Origin: Azolla caroliniana
Lineage: Eukaryota > Plantae > Polypodiophyta
Assembly: GCA_043228905.1 (NCBI GenBank)
Contig: JBHGNT010000007.1
Coordinates: 558,001 to 622,000 of the forward strand
Reading direction: 5' to 3'
Length of the DNA: 64,000 bases
Made by a program: the position numbers and the translations under genes. Under the pieces are notes generated by a model. The model worked only from the letters and a program-made list of their open reading frames with translations. It did not search any database and had not been told where the DNA came from. Positions 13,890-25,910 of the stretch are shown here, piece by piece (position 1 is the stretch's first letter; every line of letters starts with the position of its first letter).

Positions 13890-14705
13890 AGTCTTGAATC
13901 ACAGAAATAGGAATGAAACATAGAAATGGGAATTAGAGAGTACACATAATATTTACGTGGAAAACCCTAATAGGGAAAAACCATGGGAGCCCACAGACTC
14001 CAAACTATCACTATATGAGAAAGGGTACAAACAGAGACTCAGAGGCAACGACCTCGAGCTCTGTATCTTCACCAGCCAACGGTTACAACAGAGTATAGCT
14101 CTGTATCTCACTCTCTCTCTATACAACAGTTATACACATACAAAATATGATAACAACTACCCACACATAAAGTGATTGCCCTAAGTTATATTTATACTTA
14201 TATGAACTTAGAGCTATTTACAAATATAGCCTCAAAAGGCTTACTCAAAACATATTTACAAATATGTCTTCACTTCCGGTTCACACCGAGTCCATCTGAT
14301 CCGGTTTTCAGATCTTTTTCGGTACTCATCAGGTCCATCCGATCCGGTTTCCGAATCTCCTCATTCATAACCGGATCCCATCCGGAGGGACCGATTTCCC
14401 AACAATCTCCCCCCCTTCACTCCGGCATGGGATGTCTTGTTAGCCTGATCCGCTTTTGGCACGCGTCTAGCTTGTCGGTCGTCAACACCTTGGTCAACAT
14501 ATTTGACCCGTTCTCCTCCGTGTGGATCTTCGTCAACACGAACTCTTGAACTTCTACTCTCTCCCGGATCCAGTGTTACCTCCAGTGGATATGTTTTTTC
14601 TGGGAATGGTAGGTGATTTAGCGGAAATGAAACGATTCTTTTTTTCGCCCTACATGCTGAATCCGCGTGTTTACTACGCCACATTCTTTGCAAGGTGGAT
14701 GACAC
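13890..14705 (-). mobile_element. Copia 3' end (RNase H tail, PPT, 3' LTR)
   Basis: RH-like TKVLTTDKL..C at about 14450-14530. The PPT reads atctccccccc on + at about 14405, next to the LTR edge ccaaca. Confidence 0.7.
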
Positions 14706-14726
14706 TATTGTTAGTTCTATCCAATC

Positions 14727-14940
14727 ATGGTTTTTTCCCCATATCTATAACCACTAAACTTTGTTTTTCAATATACATAGATTGAGTTCCCTTATTCTTA
14801 GGGCCCAAACCTTGAAGTGAGACCTCTTTATAACCTGCTTTTCCCCCATATCTATAACCACTAAACTTTGTTTTTCAATATACATAGATTGAGTTCCCTT
14901 ATTCTTAGGGCCCAAACCTTGAAGTGAGACCTCTTTATAA
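14727..14940. repeat. ~112-bp direct tandem duplication
   Basis: ttttcccc(c)atatctataaccactaaac...gagacctcttta occurs twice. Confidence 0.9.
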
Positions 14941-15378
14941 CTTGCTCTAGATGATGTTCCTTCATTCATAACAACCACAATATCTGGCACACCAATATCT
15001 CTCCCAACTCCTTCCTTACCATTCCCTTCATTAGGAACCTCTAAAGTTGAAGGACAATGACGTTGGCATTCCACCATAAAGTGACCCCATTCACCACATC
15101 CAAAACAATGACCTGCAAATGTCTCCCATTGAACAATTTAAAACAAAGTCTTTTCATACCAGGTGTGTTCATATGCACCCATCTTGGCCTCTTATGACTT
15201 GTATCCCATAACACACAAAATCTGCACTTATTTATAGCATTTGCATGTGGAGATACCAATACTTTACCCATTTGACTCATCAACTATGGTAAAAGTGGCC
15301 ATAAAAACGCATGCTTACAATCCATTGTTACCCAAACTGGGCATTCTTGTTTCAACAAAGCATGATAGTCCACTATGG

Positions 15379-16127
15379 TGTCGAGTAAATCCTCGTGTGT
15401 TCACGAAATGAAGCGGGACCACCGGGGTCCTGGACCGGAAGGATTCAATGTTTTTAGCAGCGTAAGCGAGAAAGTATTGAAGATAGATAGATGGATGAAG
15501 AGAGAGAGAGAGGGAGAGAGATTGAGATAGAGATTGAACCCTTGACTTTAGTTTTACGAGACAAGATACATCACCATTAGGATAACTCCGATCTTTGATT
15601 AAAAGTTTTTTTTTTATTACTTACATCACTTGCCTCCTTTCCACAAGCCCAACTATAGGCTTTTATAGGTCTCTCCATGCAAAAACCACAGGCCAAAACC
15701 ATGGGCTAAAACTACTAGCTGAAACCATGGTTTTGTGCCCACAGTTTCTATATGTTTGCTTCCTACAAAATACTGAATATGAAAAGGAAATATACAAATT
15801 CTAAAGCACTTAGTAGTGGCTTTAGTCGTAAGTTAATTTGTTTCTTATCTTGGACGTGCAAGGTTCAAGCCTTGCTTCCACCCCTATGTATGCACTTAGA
15901 TGTTACTAGGCTTTAGTCTTATTTTTATATTTACAATTGAGCGCACATCACACGTGCACATGTTTAACTTTACATCTACCTTTTCTTTTACGTTCTCATT
16001 TCAATCCTATTTACAACATGCTAGTATATGCGTGTGGCCTTCACCCCTTTCACACGTGCACAATGCACCTTCTTGATTTCGTTCGTTGCACGCAATTTTC
16101 ACACCGTTGCCGAAAATCTTCACGACA
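15379..16127 (-). mobile_element. Gypsy-related solo LTR with a 4-bp TSD (atgg/acgg)
   Basis: tgtcg...cttcacgaca termini. It shares gcgggaccaccggggtc with the Gypsy LTR at about 47531. Its right end is the reverse complement of the start of the 28625 element. Confidence 0.75.
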
Positions 16128-17076
16128 ACGGGGGACCATCGCATTACATGCAGTAATCATTTATAAAAAAACACTTGAACTTTAGCCAACAATGCACTTC
16201 AATGTTCAAGGGAACAAAATACTGCATCATAAAACCCCTGTGGTCCTGCAAATATATCCTCAACACAATTCGGTGACACGATTGTGTTCAACCATTGTTT
16301 AATCCAATTTATATAGGGGAGTTTCCTGGTAAAAAATAATATAACCGCACGATCATAGAATACATCAAAAGACTGCAACACTACCTTAGCATCAACTTCC
16401 ACATCAATGCATTCTTTTGCTACATTTTCATTTTCTTCCACAATATTAGACAACAAGGTATTGGCAAATCCCCATAAACTATGCCAATTACAATGATCCT
16501 TGTCAACTTCATCTACGTGTATTGCCTCAACATATGTTAATTTCTTCTCATTAACTTCCTCAAAACCCTTAAACCTCTTAGAGCTTCCAAATTCTTCCCT
16601 TTCACGATTACATTCAACCATCACATTACTTTTATTGAATCAATGATTCCAATATCGATGTCCCCCACAATTTGTGATGAATTCATGTTTATATCCATTA
16701 TTCTTGATGTGATATTGATCTGGGATAAAGATAATCTTCCATGAACAAGGGAGAAAACCAAAACTCACCCGATTGAAGAGAGCGAAGATGAAGAAGACAA
16801 TATGGGGTTTGCAATGCGTGTTGAGTATGTGTATGTCGACAACACACGATTTCTACTTTCAATCGCTACGTCTAGTATAGACACCAAATTAAACTTGCTA
16901 TATCTCATTACGAAGCACTAACCAAGGGCTTTCCAATTGTCTTTGTGCCCAATTCCGTTGCTGATAGAGAACACAGCAACAAAAACAAATTCGCTTCTTC
17001 GTCTTCCCCTCTCCATTCTTGCCTTTTGTTTTTCTTTCTACTTCTCTCTCTCCTTTTTTTATTATTGTAATTACCT

Positions 17077-17350
17077 TACCCTAGTGGTAAGTTGTTAGCA
17101 CTACAAGCATTGCGTTCTAGGTTCGAAACCCAACTTCCTCACCTCTCTATTATATACTTCTCATATATCTCTTAATTCACTAGATGCCAATGTGGAATGT
17201 AGGGGTTGAACTTCTTCTTCTTCTTCTTCCTCACCTCTCTATTATATACTTCATATCTCTATTTCACTAGATGCCACTGTGAAATGTAGGGGTTGAACCC
17301 ATGACCACCTGGTCTCCATTGGGCAACCTTACCAACTGAGCTACATCCAT
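17077..17350. other. Two convergent tRNA-derived (SINE-like) Pol III heads
   Basis: On +, B box ggttcgaaacc at 17120-17130. On -, 17286-17350 reads ggatgtagctcagttggtaagg...gggttcaacccctac. No clean cloverleaf is visible. Confidence 0.55.
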
Positions 17351-17379
17351 CTGGGCTCTCTCTCTCTCTCTCTCTCTGG

Positions 17380-19463
17380 TAAAAGCACACAATTATATTA
17401 ATTGTATGTAAAATCCACTTAGTTATAACACTTCTTAGTCTCCTCTACCTATCATATGCCTATGTAGGGAAAGGGGCGTTCTATAATGCTATTAAAAAAC
17501 CTGAATATGCATTTGAGGAAATGATCCCCACATGCTCTAACATCCAAAAATTCCACATGAAAATACCTTTAAGCTTCCTTATATAGGCTTTCACCCCATG
17601 TCTATTATCAAACATGGAAGCATTACACATATTCCAATTGTGTTGTAGACCCCAATAACGTAAAAATTGGAACAATATCTCCGTGTCATCATTATTGAGA
17701 AAAAACCCATTGTTGAGGTCTCAAACAACGGGTTAAAACTTGCCAAATGTCCGATAAGTACTTCCAAATGGTACACGCTATAGGACATTTAATGAACCTA
17801 TGTGTACTATCCTCCAATGGAACGGTGCAAAAGAAACAAGTGCCAGACCCTAGTCCTCGTCTCTTTAAGGACGAACCTAATGGGAGCCCACCAATCATGA
17901 CTCTCCATATGAATACCTTTGCATGAAATGGTAGATGGGAATGCCAACCACGTTGTAATATTTTCCACCACCTTGCATCTGACTTATATACATTCCACAA
18001 CTTCGTGGCTTTAGGAGATAGCCAAGATAATGATGCCATCGCATGATGATACAATATATTTGTCATGACATGTAACAAGCGTGCACCATCTTGTAACCGC
18101 TAATCTACCCAAGGTGCAAAATTTGTTTTCAATGGCAACGATCCTTACAACAATGGTATATCTTGTAATTTCTCCCAAATAAATCCATAATTTGGGGGAA
18201 TACATAACCATCTCTTGGCATCTTCAAAATTCGACAACATTTGAGATTCATTATCAACCACATCTTCCAAATGTACAATCCCCAATCGAAATAAACGATT
18301 AAATTGAGATCCCATGCCAAAACAACACTCAAGAAGAAACAAGCAATTCATTTTGTAATTAATTACAATATTCTCGATCACTTGATGGTCCCCATTCAAA
18401 AAGAGATAATGCATCTTGCCACGATCTTACCAAATGTTGTCCACATACAGAATGTCGAATCTTTAGAGGAATACTTCCATTAAATAGTGACCACCATGAT
18501 GCTTGAATCTTTGTTTTCCCATGCACCAATCCTTCATGCTCAATAAAATATTGCATCATAGATATCCATGGTTGATCCTGTTGACATATATCTCGTAATA
18601 ATGCAAATCTACGAGCCATCAAGTGTCTTTCCAAATTCAATAGTGTTGCACCGCCAAACCTTTTAGGAGTAGCCAAATGGTCCCATGAAATCCAAGTAAC
18701 TCCCATCATTTCTCCCTTCCGCAACAACATGACCCGAATAGGTTGTAACATGCTTTGTAATGCCTTCTTAGTCCAAGGAAGTAAAGGTAAAAAATATAAT
18801 AACATGCGTATCAAGATACATTGCACCACTTTGAGTCGTACATGAAAGGGCCATAATTGAGACTTCCAATACATAAATTTGTCCCTCAATTTACTACCAA
18901 TCCAATCAATCAATTGAACATTTGTAACATCAATGCCTAATGGATAACCCAAATGTCGATAAATTGAACCTTGTGTAATCACTGACCCTTGCCATCTCAA
19001 ACATTCTGAATCACTCTTTGTACAAGAAATAAGGCGACACTTCCTCCAATTTATATACAACCCTAAAGCCAAAGAAAATTGATCCCAAACTTGCATACTC
19101 CTTTTAAGATTTTCTTTTGAGGCTTGTAAAAACATAAAAGAATCATTTGCCAATGCTTGTGCCACCAATTGTCCACCAGAAGGAAGATGCAAACCGACAA
19201 GATCACCACTGGCCGCAAGATTTGACAACATTACTAATAAAGGATGTGTAACAATAGCAAATAACAATGAGCTTAGTGGACATCCTTGCTGCATGGATCT
19301 AGTAAGAAAAACTTTTGGAGTGACTCCACCATTAAGCATCACACGTGAGGTTGCATTTTTCCCTAGCAAAAAGATAAGTTGACACATACGAGGACCAAAC
19401 CCCATATTATACATCACACCTGAGAGTAAAGACCAATGAACATGATAATATGCTTTTTCCAAG
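17380..19463 (-). mobile_element. L1-type LINE ORF2 3' half (RT plus zinc-binding region)
   Basis: EKAY, QGCPLS, ALANDS, YRHLG.PLG, PKRFGG and CFFC..EDSTHRFIKC motifs. Flanked by (CT)n runs. Confidence 0.9.
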
Positions 19464-19490
19464 TTCTCTCTCTCTCTCTCTCTCTCTCTC

Positions 19491-20714
19491 CCCAAATCGA
19501 CAGTACCACATGACATTATTAGGGCTTAGTTCACTTTACCCCCAATGTTAGTAGAAGCACTTTTCCAACTTGTAGTCTTTATTCACAGGATACATAGCCA
19601 ACCACATGATAGAATATCTTATCAAGCCTTTAAGGCCTCTCGATCACTATATGAGTCCGACTACACTAGCTCATGGTATGGCATGATGGTGAGTTGGCTT
19701 CTTGCGAATGGTCTAGACATTAATAACCTACCTCCCCTTAGGTACAACCACACGATTGATAACACTTTAATCTCTCATGAGGACCACAATAAAGTAATAT
19801 GCCAAGAAATATGGCAAATTTACACTCGGTATAAATGGATCACCCCACTAGAGCCACTCCCATCTAAAATGTTGTATTATAAGGAACACTTGATGCACTT
19901 CTTTATGTTAGGTTTTATCACGCGGCCAAAATATCTAGATGTATTCTTACCACGTGCACTAAGGGTTGCCATTGGACAACTTAGAATATCATGCCACCAA
20001 CTTGAGATTGAGAGTGGTCGTATTAATGGAGTCCCTAGGGAGGAAAGGATATGTAGGTTATGCCACATAGAGATAGAGGATGAGTATCACTTTACATGCA
20101 AGTGTCCAACCTACGTCGAGATAAGGGCAAAATACCAAGACATACTTGGTTCCTCTCCCACCCTCCCCAAACTATTAGATACTCTAGATATAAAGAAATT
20201 AGGCAAATACATTCTAGAACTAAAACAACACAGAGAGAATAAGTTACAAAATGTTGACTATAATGTTGTTAATGTTCAACAACATGTAACAAAAGAAGTT
20301 TTTCAGGAACAGGGGGAGACAACAAATGTCAACACACTTGCACCACTCAGCCTTTCCCTTGATGAGGCAGAAGCAACTCGAAGTGGTGCAGAAACAATAA
20401 TGAAAATAAGGGAACATGAGCTACACCGCCTAGAAACCATGGCTAGGACACTCTCTACATTGGGACCATGGGTCACACCCACACCAAAACCCTTTGACCT
20501 CCCACTTCTTTTCAAGAGGCTTGGGTGGAAATAAAATTAGGCTTAGTGTAAAGTCACTTCCTTTATCGAGTATACCATGTTTTGTACACTACTAGAACTC
20601 TTTTAGGTTAAGTTCTATTTTTACTTTATTTTATTTTAGTTATGATGATTGGATAAATACTCATTTTGTTGTAAACCAATTGTCTCATGGGCCAATTTAG
20701 GCCTTAGAAGACGT

Positions 20715-20718
<4 letters not shown>
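19491..20718 (+). mobile_element. 5'-truncated non-LTR retrotransposon 3' end (RTE/RTEX-like)
   Basis: The ORF at 19545-20534 contains LRISCHQLEIESGR...PREERICRLC..EDEYHFTCKCP. It is bounded by (CT)n on both sides. Confidence 0.8.
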
Positions 20719-20753
<35 letters not shown>

Positions 20754-21099
20754 CAAGTTTTCTCTATTACGTCCTTGCTCTTTGATCTCTTTCATCATTT
20801 GTAGTGTAGTGTTGTAGACCCTTCCACTAACAACCTGATTTCCAACAGATGATAGGTATAGCCCATGACCTTGAGGTAGAGGTTGGTTATGTGTGCAAAT
20901 AGCAATTGTGTGGGCCTTGAGCTCAAGTTACGAGGTTGAAATTTAAAAGTGATCATAAAAAATGTTCAAGAAGGGCCTAAACGATCTCTATGACATGTTT
21001 TGGCCACAAACAAAATGTTAGAAATGTGGAGACTCCCAAATGACATCAACAAAGTATTGTTTTGATGCATGGAATTCTCCTTTAGAACACCGTTATAAA

Positions 21100-21650
21100 C
21101 ATAGTTCGTGCCATACTTCCCATTTGTATCATACTCATACTTGAATATTCGTATCATACTCATATGTGAAATGTCAAGAAGTATGATTGAAATCCATTCC
21201 TCTATATTTATTTTTATTTTTCTAAATTTTTTGAAAATATGAAAAATAAAAAATAAACAACATTTTTATAGATAAAAGTCAAGACCATAAATTCATTGAA
21301 AACTAAGAAAGTAGCATCCAAAGTTCCAAACATGAACTAAAATTCATCCAAAGTTCAAACATGAACATTAACCTAGAAAGTGGCCCTAAATTCATAGTAC
21401 TAAAATTTAATCTCATCTCCTATTCTTGAATTGCATTGTCAATGTCAACATCTTGCCCATCATCATGATCTTCAAAATCCTCATTAACCATAGTTGCATG
21501 TTGCCTTTGCAATAGCAAAAGCCTATCATCATCTCGTCTTCATTAATCATATCCAAAGTCACGTCCATGCGACTTGAATATCTTTTTTTGACTTTCTTTA
21601 ATAGACAGTGGTTTGTATGAAAGTATACTAGCTTCTCTATGTGATCATAC
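21100..21650 (-). mobile_element. hAT transposon 3' remnant
   Basis: Absent from the paralogous unit. It starts catagtt. The minus strand near 21600-21645 reads IEKLVYFHTNHCLL, resembling the hAT dimerisation C-terminus. Confidence 0.6.
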
Positions 21651-22291
21651 CTTATAACATTGTTTGTTCATCTACCATGTGAACATCCACCGTCTTCAAT
21701 AGGATGAACATGGTTGTGCAGACATAGTCCATGTCAATAGTAAATACTACCAATAAGAATATGATAAATTGCTACAAACTATCTAGAATGAGAATATCAA
21801 CCTTTACTTTGACAATCTAGCATACCATAATTTAGATGTGCTCCTTGGATTCGATAGATATTGACAAAGCTAACATAACATGTTCATAAGCCATTTTCCA
21901 TTACAATCCTTTTTTTACTTTCACCAAACAATCAAAATCATAAGGCATCCCAACAACAACAAGACGGTTATGAGAGTTTGGAGGAATTCTTGCCACTATG
22001 ATTTTAGATCTCAACCATTGAAAGTATCACTCTAGATGCCATACATGACAACACGTTTTGTAGGATGGATCCTTAGACATAATGTGTGGCATGGTTTATG
22101 AAGTAGATATAAGCTTGTGAATTACTACTAAGCTCAAGCAATTTTAAATTTTCAACACTACAATTTGTCAATTAGTATGTTTAGTGTTGCTTTTCACTCT
22201 CCTAGCATTTTATAGGAGATAAATTAAGTTGTCAAGAGTATTTCCAAATTTGTTGACTTCAATTATGGCTTTTGTATATCACACACATGCA

Positions 22292-22357
<66 letters not shown>

Positions 22358-22905
22358 ATATGGGAGCAAATAATGACCACAATCCTTCTATATCGTAAAT
22401 TCACGAATATAGGACCCCACCATTTCATGAATAATCAAGTTTGACATGCATCTCAAAATTTAAGATCTCGAGTGTGTGTGTTGGTGCCCACGTAGCCCTT
22501 ATGATACCGCGTTAAAGCAAGTTGTTGAAAATTAACTTGTTTCCCAACTTTTCATTTACACGTCAACCAAAATTTGTAGAATTATTAAGCGTGTCTACAT
22601 TTTCTTCAAAAAAAGGTGCACACAATCCGGAAGATAACATGGTACAAAAATATTAATTTGCTATCCATTATTAACGCAAAAGTCAAATTTGAAACTTAGT
22701 TTTAAGAGAGTTGACTCTTTCTCATTAGATAAACAAAAGGATGTGGGCATCATCCAATTGATGCATACCATATATAAATATAAGTTACAAGGGGCATAAT
22801 CACTTTGAGCTTATACTATAGTTTAGATTTGGTAATCACCCAAATTAAGAATCAATAATCAGTAAAAAAACCTAAGCTCATATAGTTTCATATAATATAG
22901 TTAAC

Positions 22906-24260
22906 ATGGTTTCGAAGAAGGTGGTTGTATCTAGTATTGTGGGTGTCCTTGGTGGTCTGGCTTTCATATTCGGAGTTGCGGGATTCTTTTCGGGTGTCAA
23001 GGTATCGTTATTGTAATTTTTAAATAAACACTTCACATACATATTTTGAACTCTTTATAGGTTCACATCCTCATGATCAATAATATGTGGAGAATTTGAT
23101 GGGGTTTTGGTGAAGTATTACATGTGTAGTAGCATGCTATAAGAAGTTGATAATGTTAATCTATTGTAATTGAGATCAACGAGACCCCTCTATTTGAGCA
23201 TGTCATTGTGCACATATATTCATACTACATAATCAACCAAGTGTGTGTGTTTTCGACACGGATGATGAATGGATATAGATAAATCCGTACAACATATTTA
23301 TTAAGTTATTGGTATACCAATGACATTAATATTAATGTACACTCTTGGTGTGGTCTAGGATGGCTCTGGTACGTTTTGGTATGCAACCGACTATTCCTAT
23401 TGTAGGTGGTATTCAACTCCGGCAACAGGACTTGGGATTGTTGGATGTTTCTTTATGCTTGCGGCGCAAATTATTAGCAACATTGGGGGAGGTTGTGTAT
23501 GTTGTTGTATCAAACACCCTCTTATTTCGGGTTCCAAGACTACAGCTATTTTGTGTCTTATCCTCTCATGGTAGGTAATTTTTATCCATTTTCAATATCC
23601 CTTCTCTCTCACCTCCCGAAGTGAGAAATGGTCTAGATGAAAAACAAGTCTAAGTAAGAGAAGAATAAGCTTGCGACAACAATTTTAAGTTTGTAACAAC
23701 ATAGAACTCCTCATGATTTATGTAGATCATGAAGATGACCACACATGAATAGTTAGTTACACCTCCCCTTGAGTGATGACTTCTATTGGCATCCGATATT
23801 TTCTCCACAACACAAGGACTAAAACAACAACATTGTCCATTAAAGTTGAATACTAATAAATCGACATATTACCCAAATTTACATAATATATTATGTCTTG
23901 TCATGTAGGATATTAACCATATTGTCCTCGATATTTTTGTTCCTTGGTGGCGTCTACAACTCGGGGTCAATACACATGCAATTGGATGTCTACACTGATG
24001 GTACCATTGTGTGCTACTATCCTGCCAAATGGCCGCTCGTGGTAGGTGGCATTTTGAGCTTGTTTGCCACAGGGATCGCCATTTGCTTCTACATCACTGC
24101 GAACCCCAATGCATCCTCCACCAATGAACCCCAAAGCAATAATGTCAACATCCAAATGCCTACTGCCAACTACAAACAAAGTGGCATCCCGGCCGCCGCA
24201 GCCGTTGGTGTTCCCCCCGGCAGTTACCAAGCCGGTGTCCCAAGCCCAGGCTACTACTAA
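22906..24260 (+). CDS. DUF1218-like protein, copy A2. Exons 22906-23001, 23359-23570, 23909-24260; 219 aa
   Basis: Same exon phases as A1, GT-AG introns and an open frame. Close paralog of A1. Confidence 0.85.
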
Positions 24261-25817
24261 AGTCAAAGATTGTACCCAAATCATTTGAACCTTGTACTAC
24301 ACAAGGTTTTTTCATAACATTCCATTAAAATCCTTCCACCATTGTCACATTTGTTAAGACCTAATCTGATTTCTCAACTTTGTCGCAATGACACACTTTA
24401 TGCATTATAATGTTTCAAGGTACTTATACCATATGTGGTTAGAGCATGTGTGTCCTAGGGGCTCCCTGCCCACCCCATTTATGCATTGAAGGTTTAAATT
24501 CTTTCTACTAACATAAGGACAATATCTTACCAATTGTCTTATTGTTTTGGTTTAAAATGCACTTCTTTGTGTTTTCATGTTAATAGATTTGCCTTTTGAT
24601 GATTTGTCACATTGTCAATCTCTCCATCTCATTTTATCTCCTTTTATCATTTGAATCTAGAACCATAGTCCACCATACATCCTTCACTATACTTTTTTGA
24701 ATGGTCTTCTCAAGGCTTTTACTTTAATTTTTAAGCTACAAGGATGGAGTGTTGACATAACTAATGTGTAAGTCTACATGTGCCAATATTTAGGCATGAA
24801 CTTGCTAACCAAAAACCTTTGGCCCTTGACATGTTTTCACACCGCTCATAACCCCTTGGGATTAAGATTTAGTGGCATATCATCAAAGAGCATTAAACTT
24901 AAATTTATTGCCAAAACCCTAGGACATAAAAGGATTAAAAAATGGTCTCAACCGAAAAGGACATGGTTTCAAGTGGTTAAAGCTCTTAAATTTGATATTA
25001 ATACTCATGAATAGCCAATTCTTTATAAATATATAGCTTCCAAGAGATGGACCGTCCAAACCATATCATGAATATCATAATTAAAAGATAAGAGTTTTTT
25101 GGAAAAAATAAAAAAAGATAAAACGACAAAATATGTAGAATAGCTTTAATATGCGACAAAAAAGTTGTCAAAAAGTTGTGGAACATGGTATATCAATTCT
25201 CATGTTCCACTTATGTCCTAATGTAAGGGCGGTATGTTATTATATAGGACCTAATATACTAAGACTTCATTTTACTTACCTTACGATAAATCTTTTTCCT
25301 TGTTATGATGTGTAGATCACTTTTGTAACATCACTAAATTTATGTTATGCCACTTTGTCTTGCAAAACATTGAGTATGAACCCATCATATGACTCTCCTT
25401 GAATACAATATCGAATATAATAACCAACCATAGAGGTAGCTCGCACGAAGATAGTTTCACTATAAAGATGTAATTTTACCTAGGCGAGTTGGTACCAATG
25501 TTAGTTCACATTTTTGAACTTGGAAGTTTTGACTTTCTGTAAAGGGAAAGAATTTATAAGAAAATTTGGTGTGCTATATGCATAGGGAATATGAATATCA
25601 TACAAATGAAGTTACTTTACTCAAATATACACACTTATTTATATTTATCCTAGGGTTCTCTATTTGAACCATAAACTTTAAGAGGGTTGGACTTTTGCAA
25701 TTGTGCTAGCCTTTCATGGTTATAATTCTCATTGGTGCTTTTATTATTATAGAGTTCATTTGCTTAAGTGGGGATGATTGAAAATATTGCTTTGTACAAC
25801 AAAAGATAACTAGTAAT

Positions 25818-25910
25818 ATGGCTTCGAACAAGGTGATGCTTGGCATTGTGGGTGGACTTGGTGTTCTTGCTTTCGTATGCGGCATTGCCAGATCCTTTAT
25901 TGGCGTCAAA
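25818..25910 (+). pseudogene. Orphan exon 1 of a B-type DUF1218-like gene
   Basis: MASNKVMLGIVGGLGVLAFVCGIARSFIGVK is nearly identical to exon 1 at 54575. The intron runs into the TE nest and no B-type exons 2-3 follow. Confidence 0.8.

Larger units (their letters stand above)
13100..16800 (-). mobile_element. Degenerate L1-type LINE 5' part (ORF1 plus APE endonuclease), interrupted by a Copia fragment and a solo LTR
   Basis: EEP motifs GIYAPN, GDFN and WLDRMY at 13146-13697. ORF1-like pieces at 14754-15283 and 16199-16624. Confidence 0.75.
9246..20847. mobile_element. ~11.6-kb nested TE insertion with TG...CA termini
   Basis: Absent from the paralogous unit at about 5950-5960. Starts tgtcg and ends ccaaca, with degenerate flanks agtga/gatga. 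Confidence 0.75.
5440..24340 (+). repeat. Tandem duplication of a ~3.3-kb unit carrying a DUF1218-like gene (5440-8650 vs 8724-9245 + 20848-24340)
   Basis: Colinear identity across the unit, for example ttagttggttatggttgatgtt at about 5446 and 8729, and gtgtgcaaatagcaattgtgtgggccttgagctc at about 5998 and 20891. The second copy is split by the 11.6-kb TE nest. Confidence 0.9.

Noticed and set aside
17286-17350. Functional tRNA gene
   Set aside because: A- and B-like boxes are present, but no convincing acceptor or anticodon stems can be formed.
19545-20534. 329-aa host gene
   Set aside because: It carries the C-terminal CCHC-type signature of non-LTR retrotransposon ORF2.
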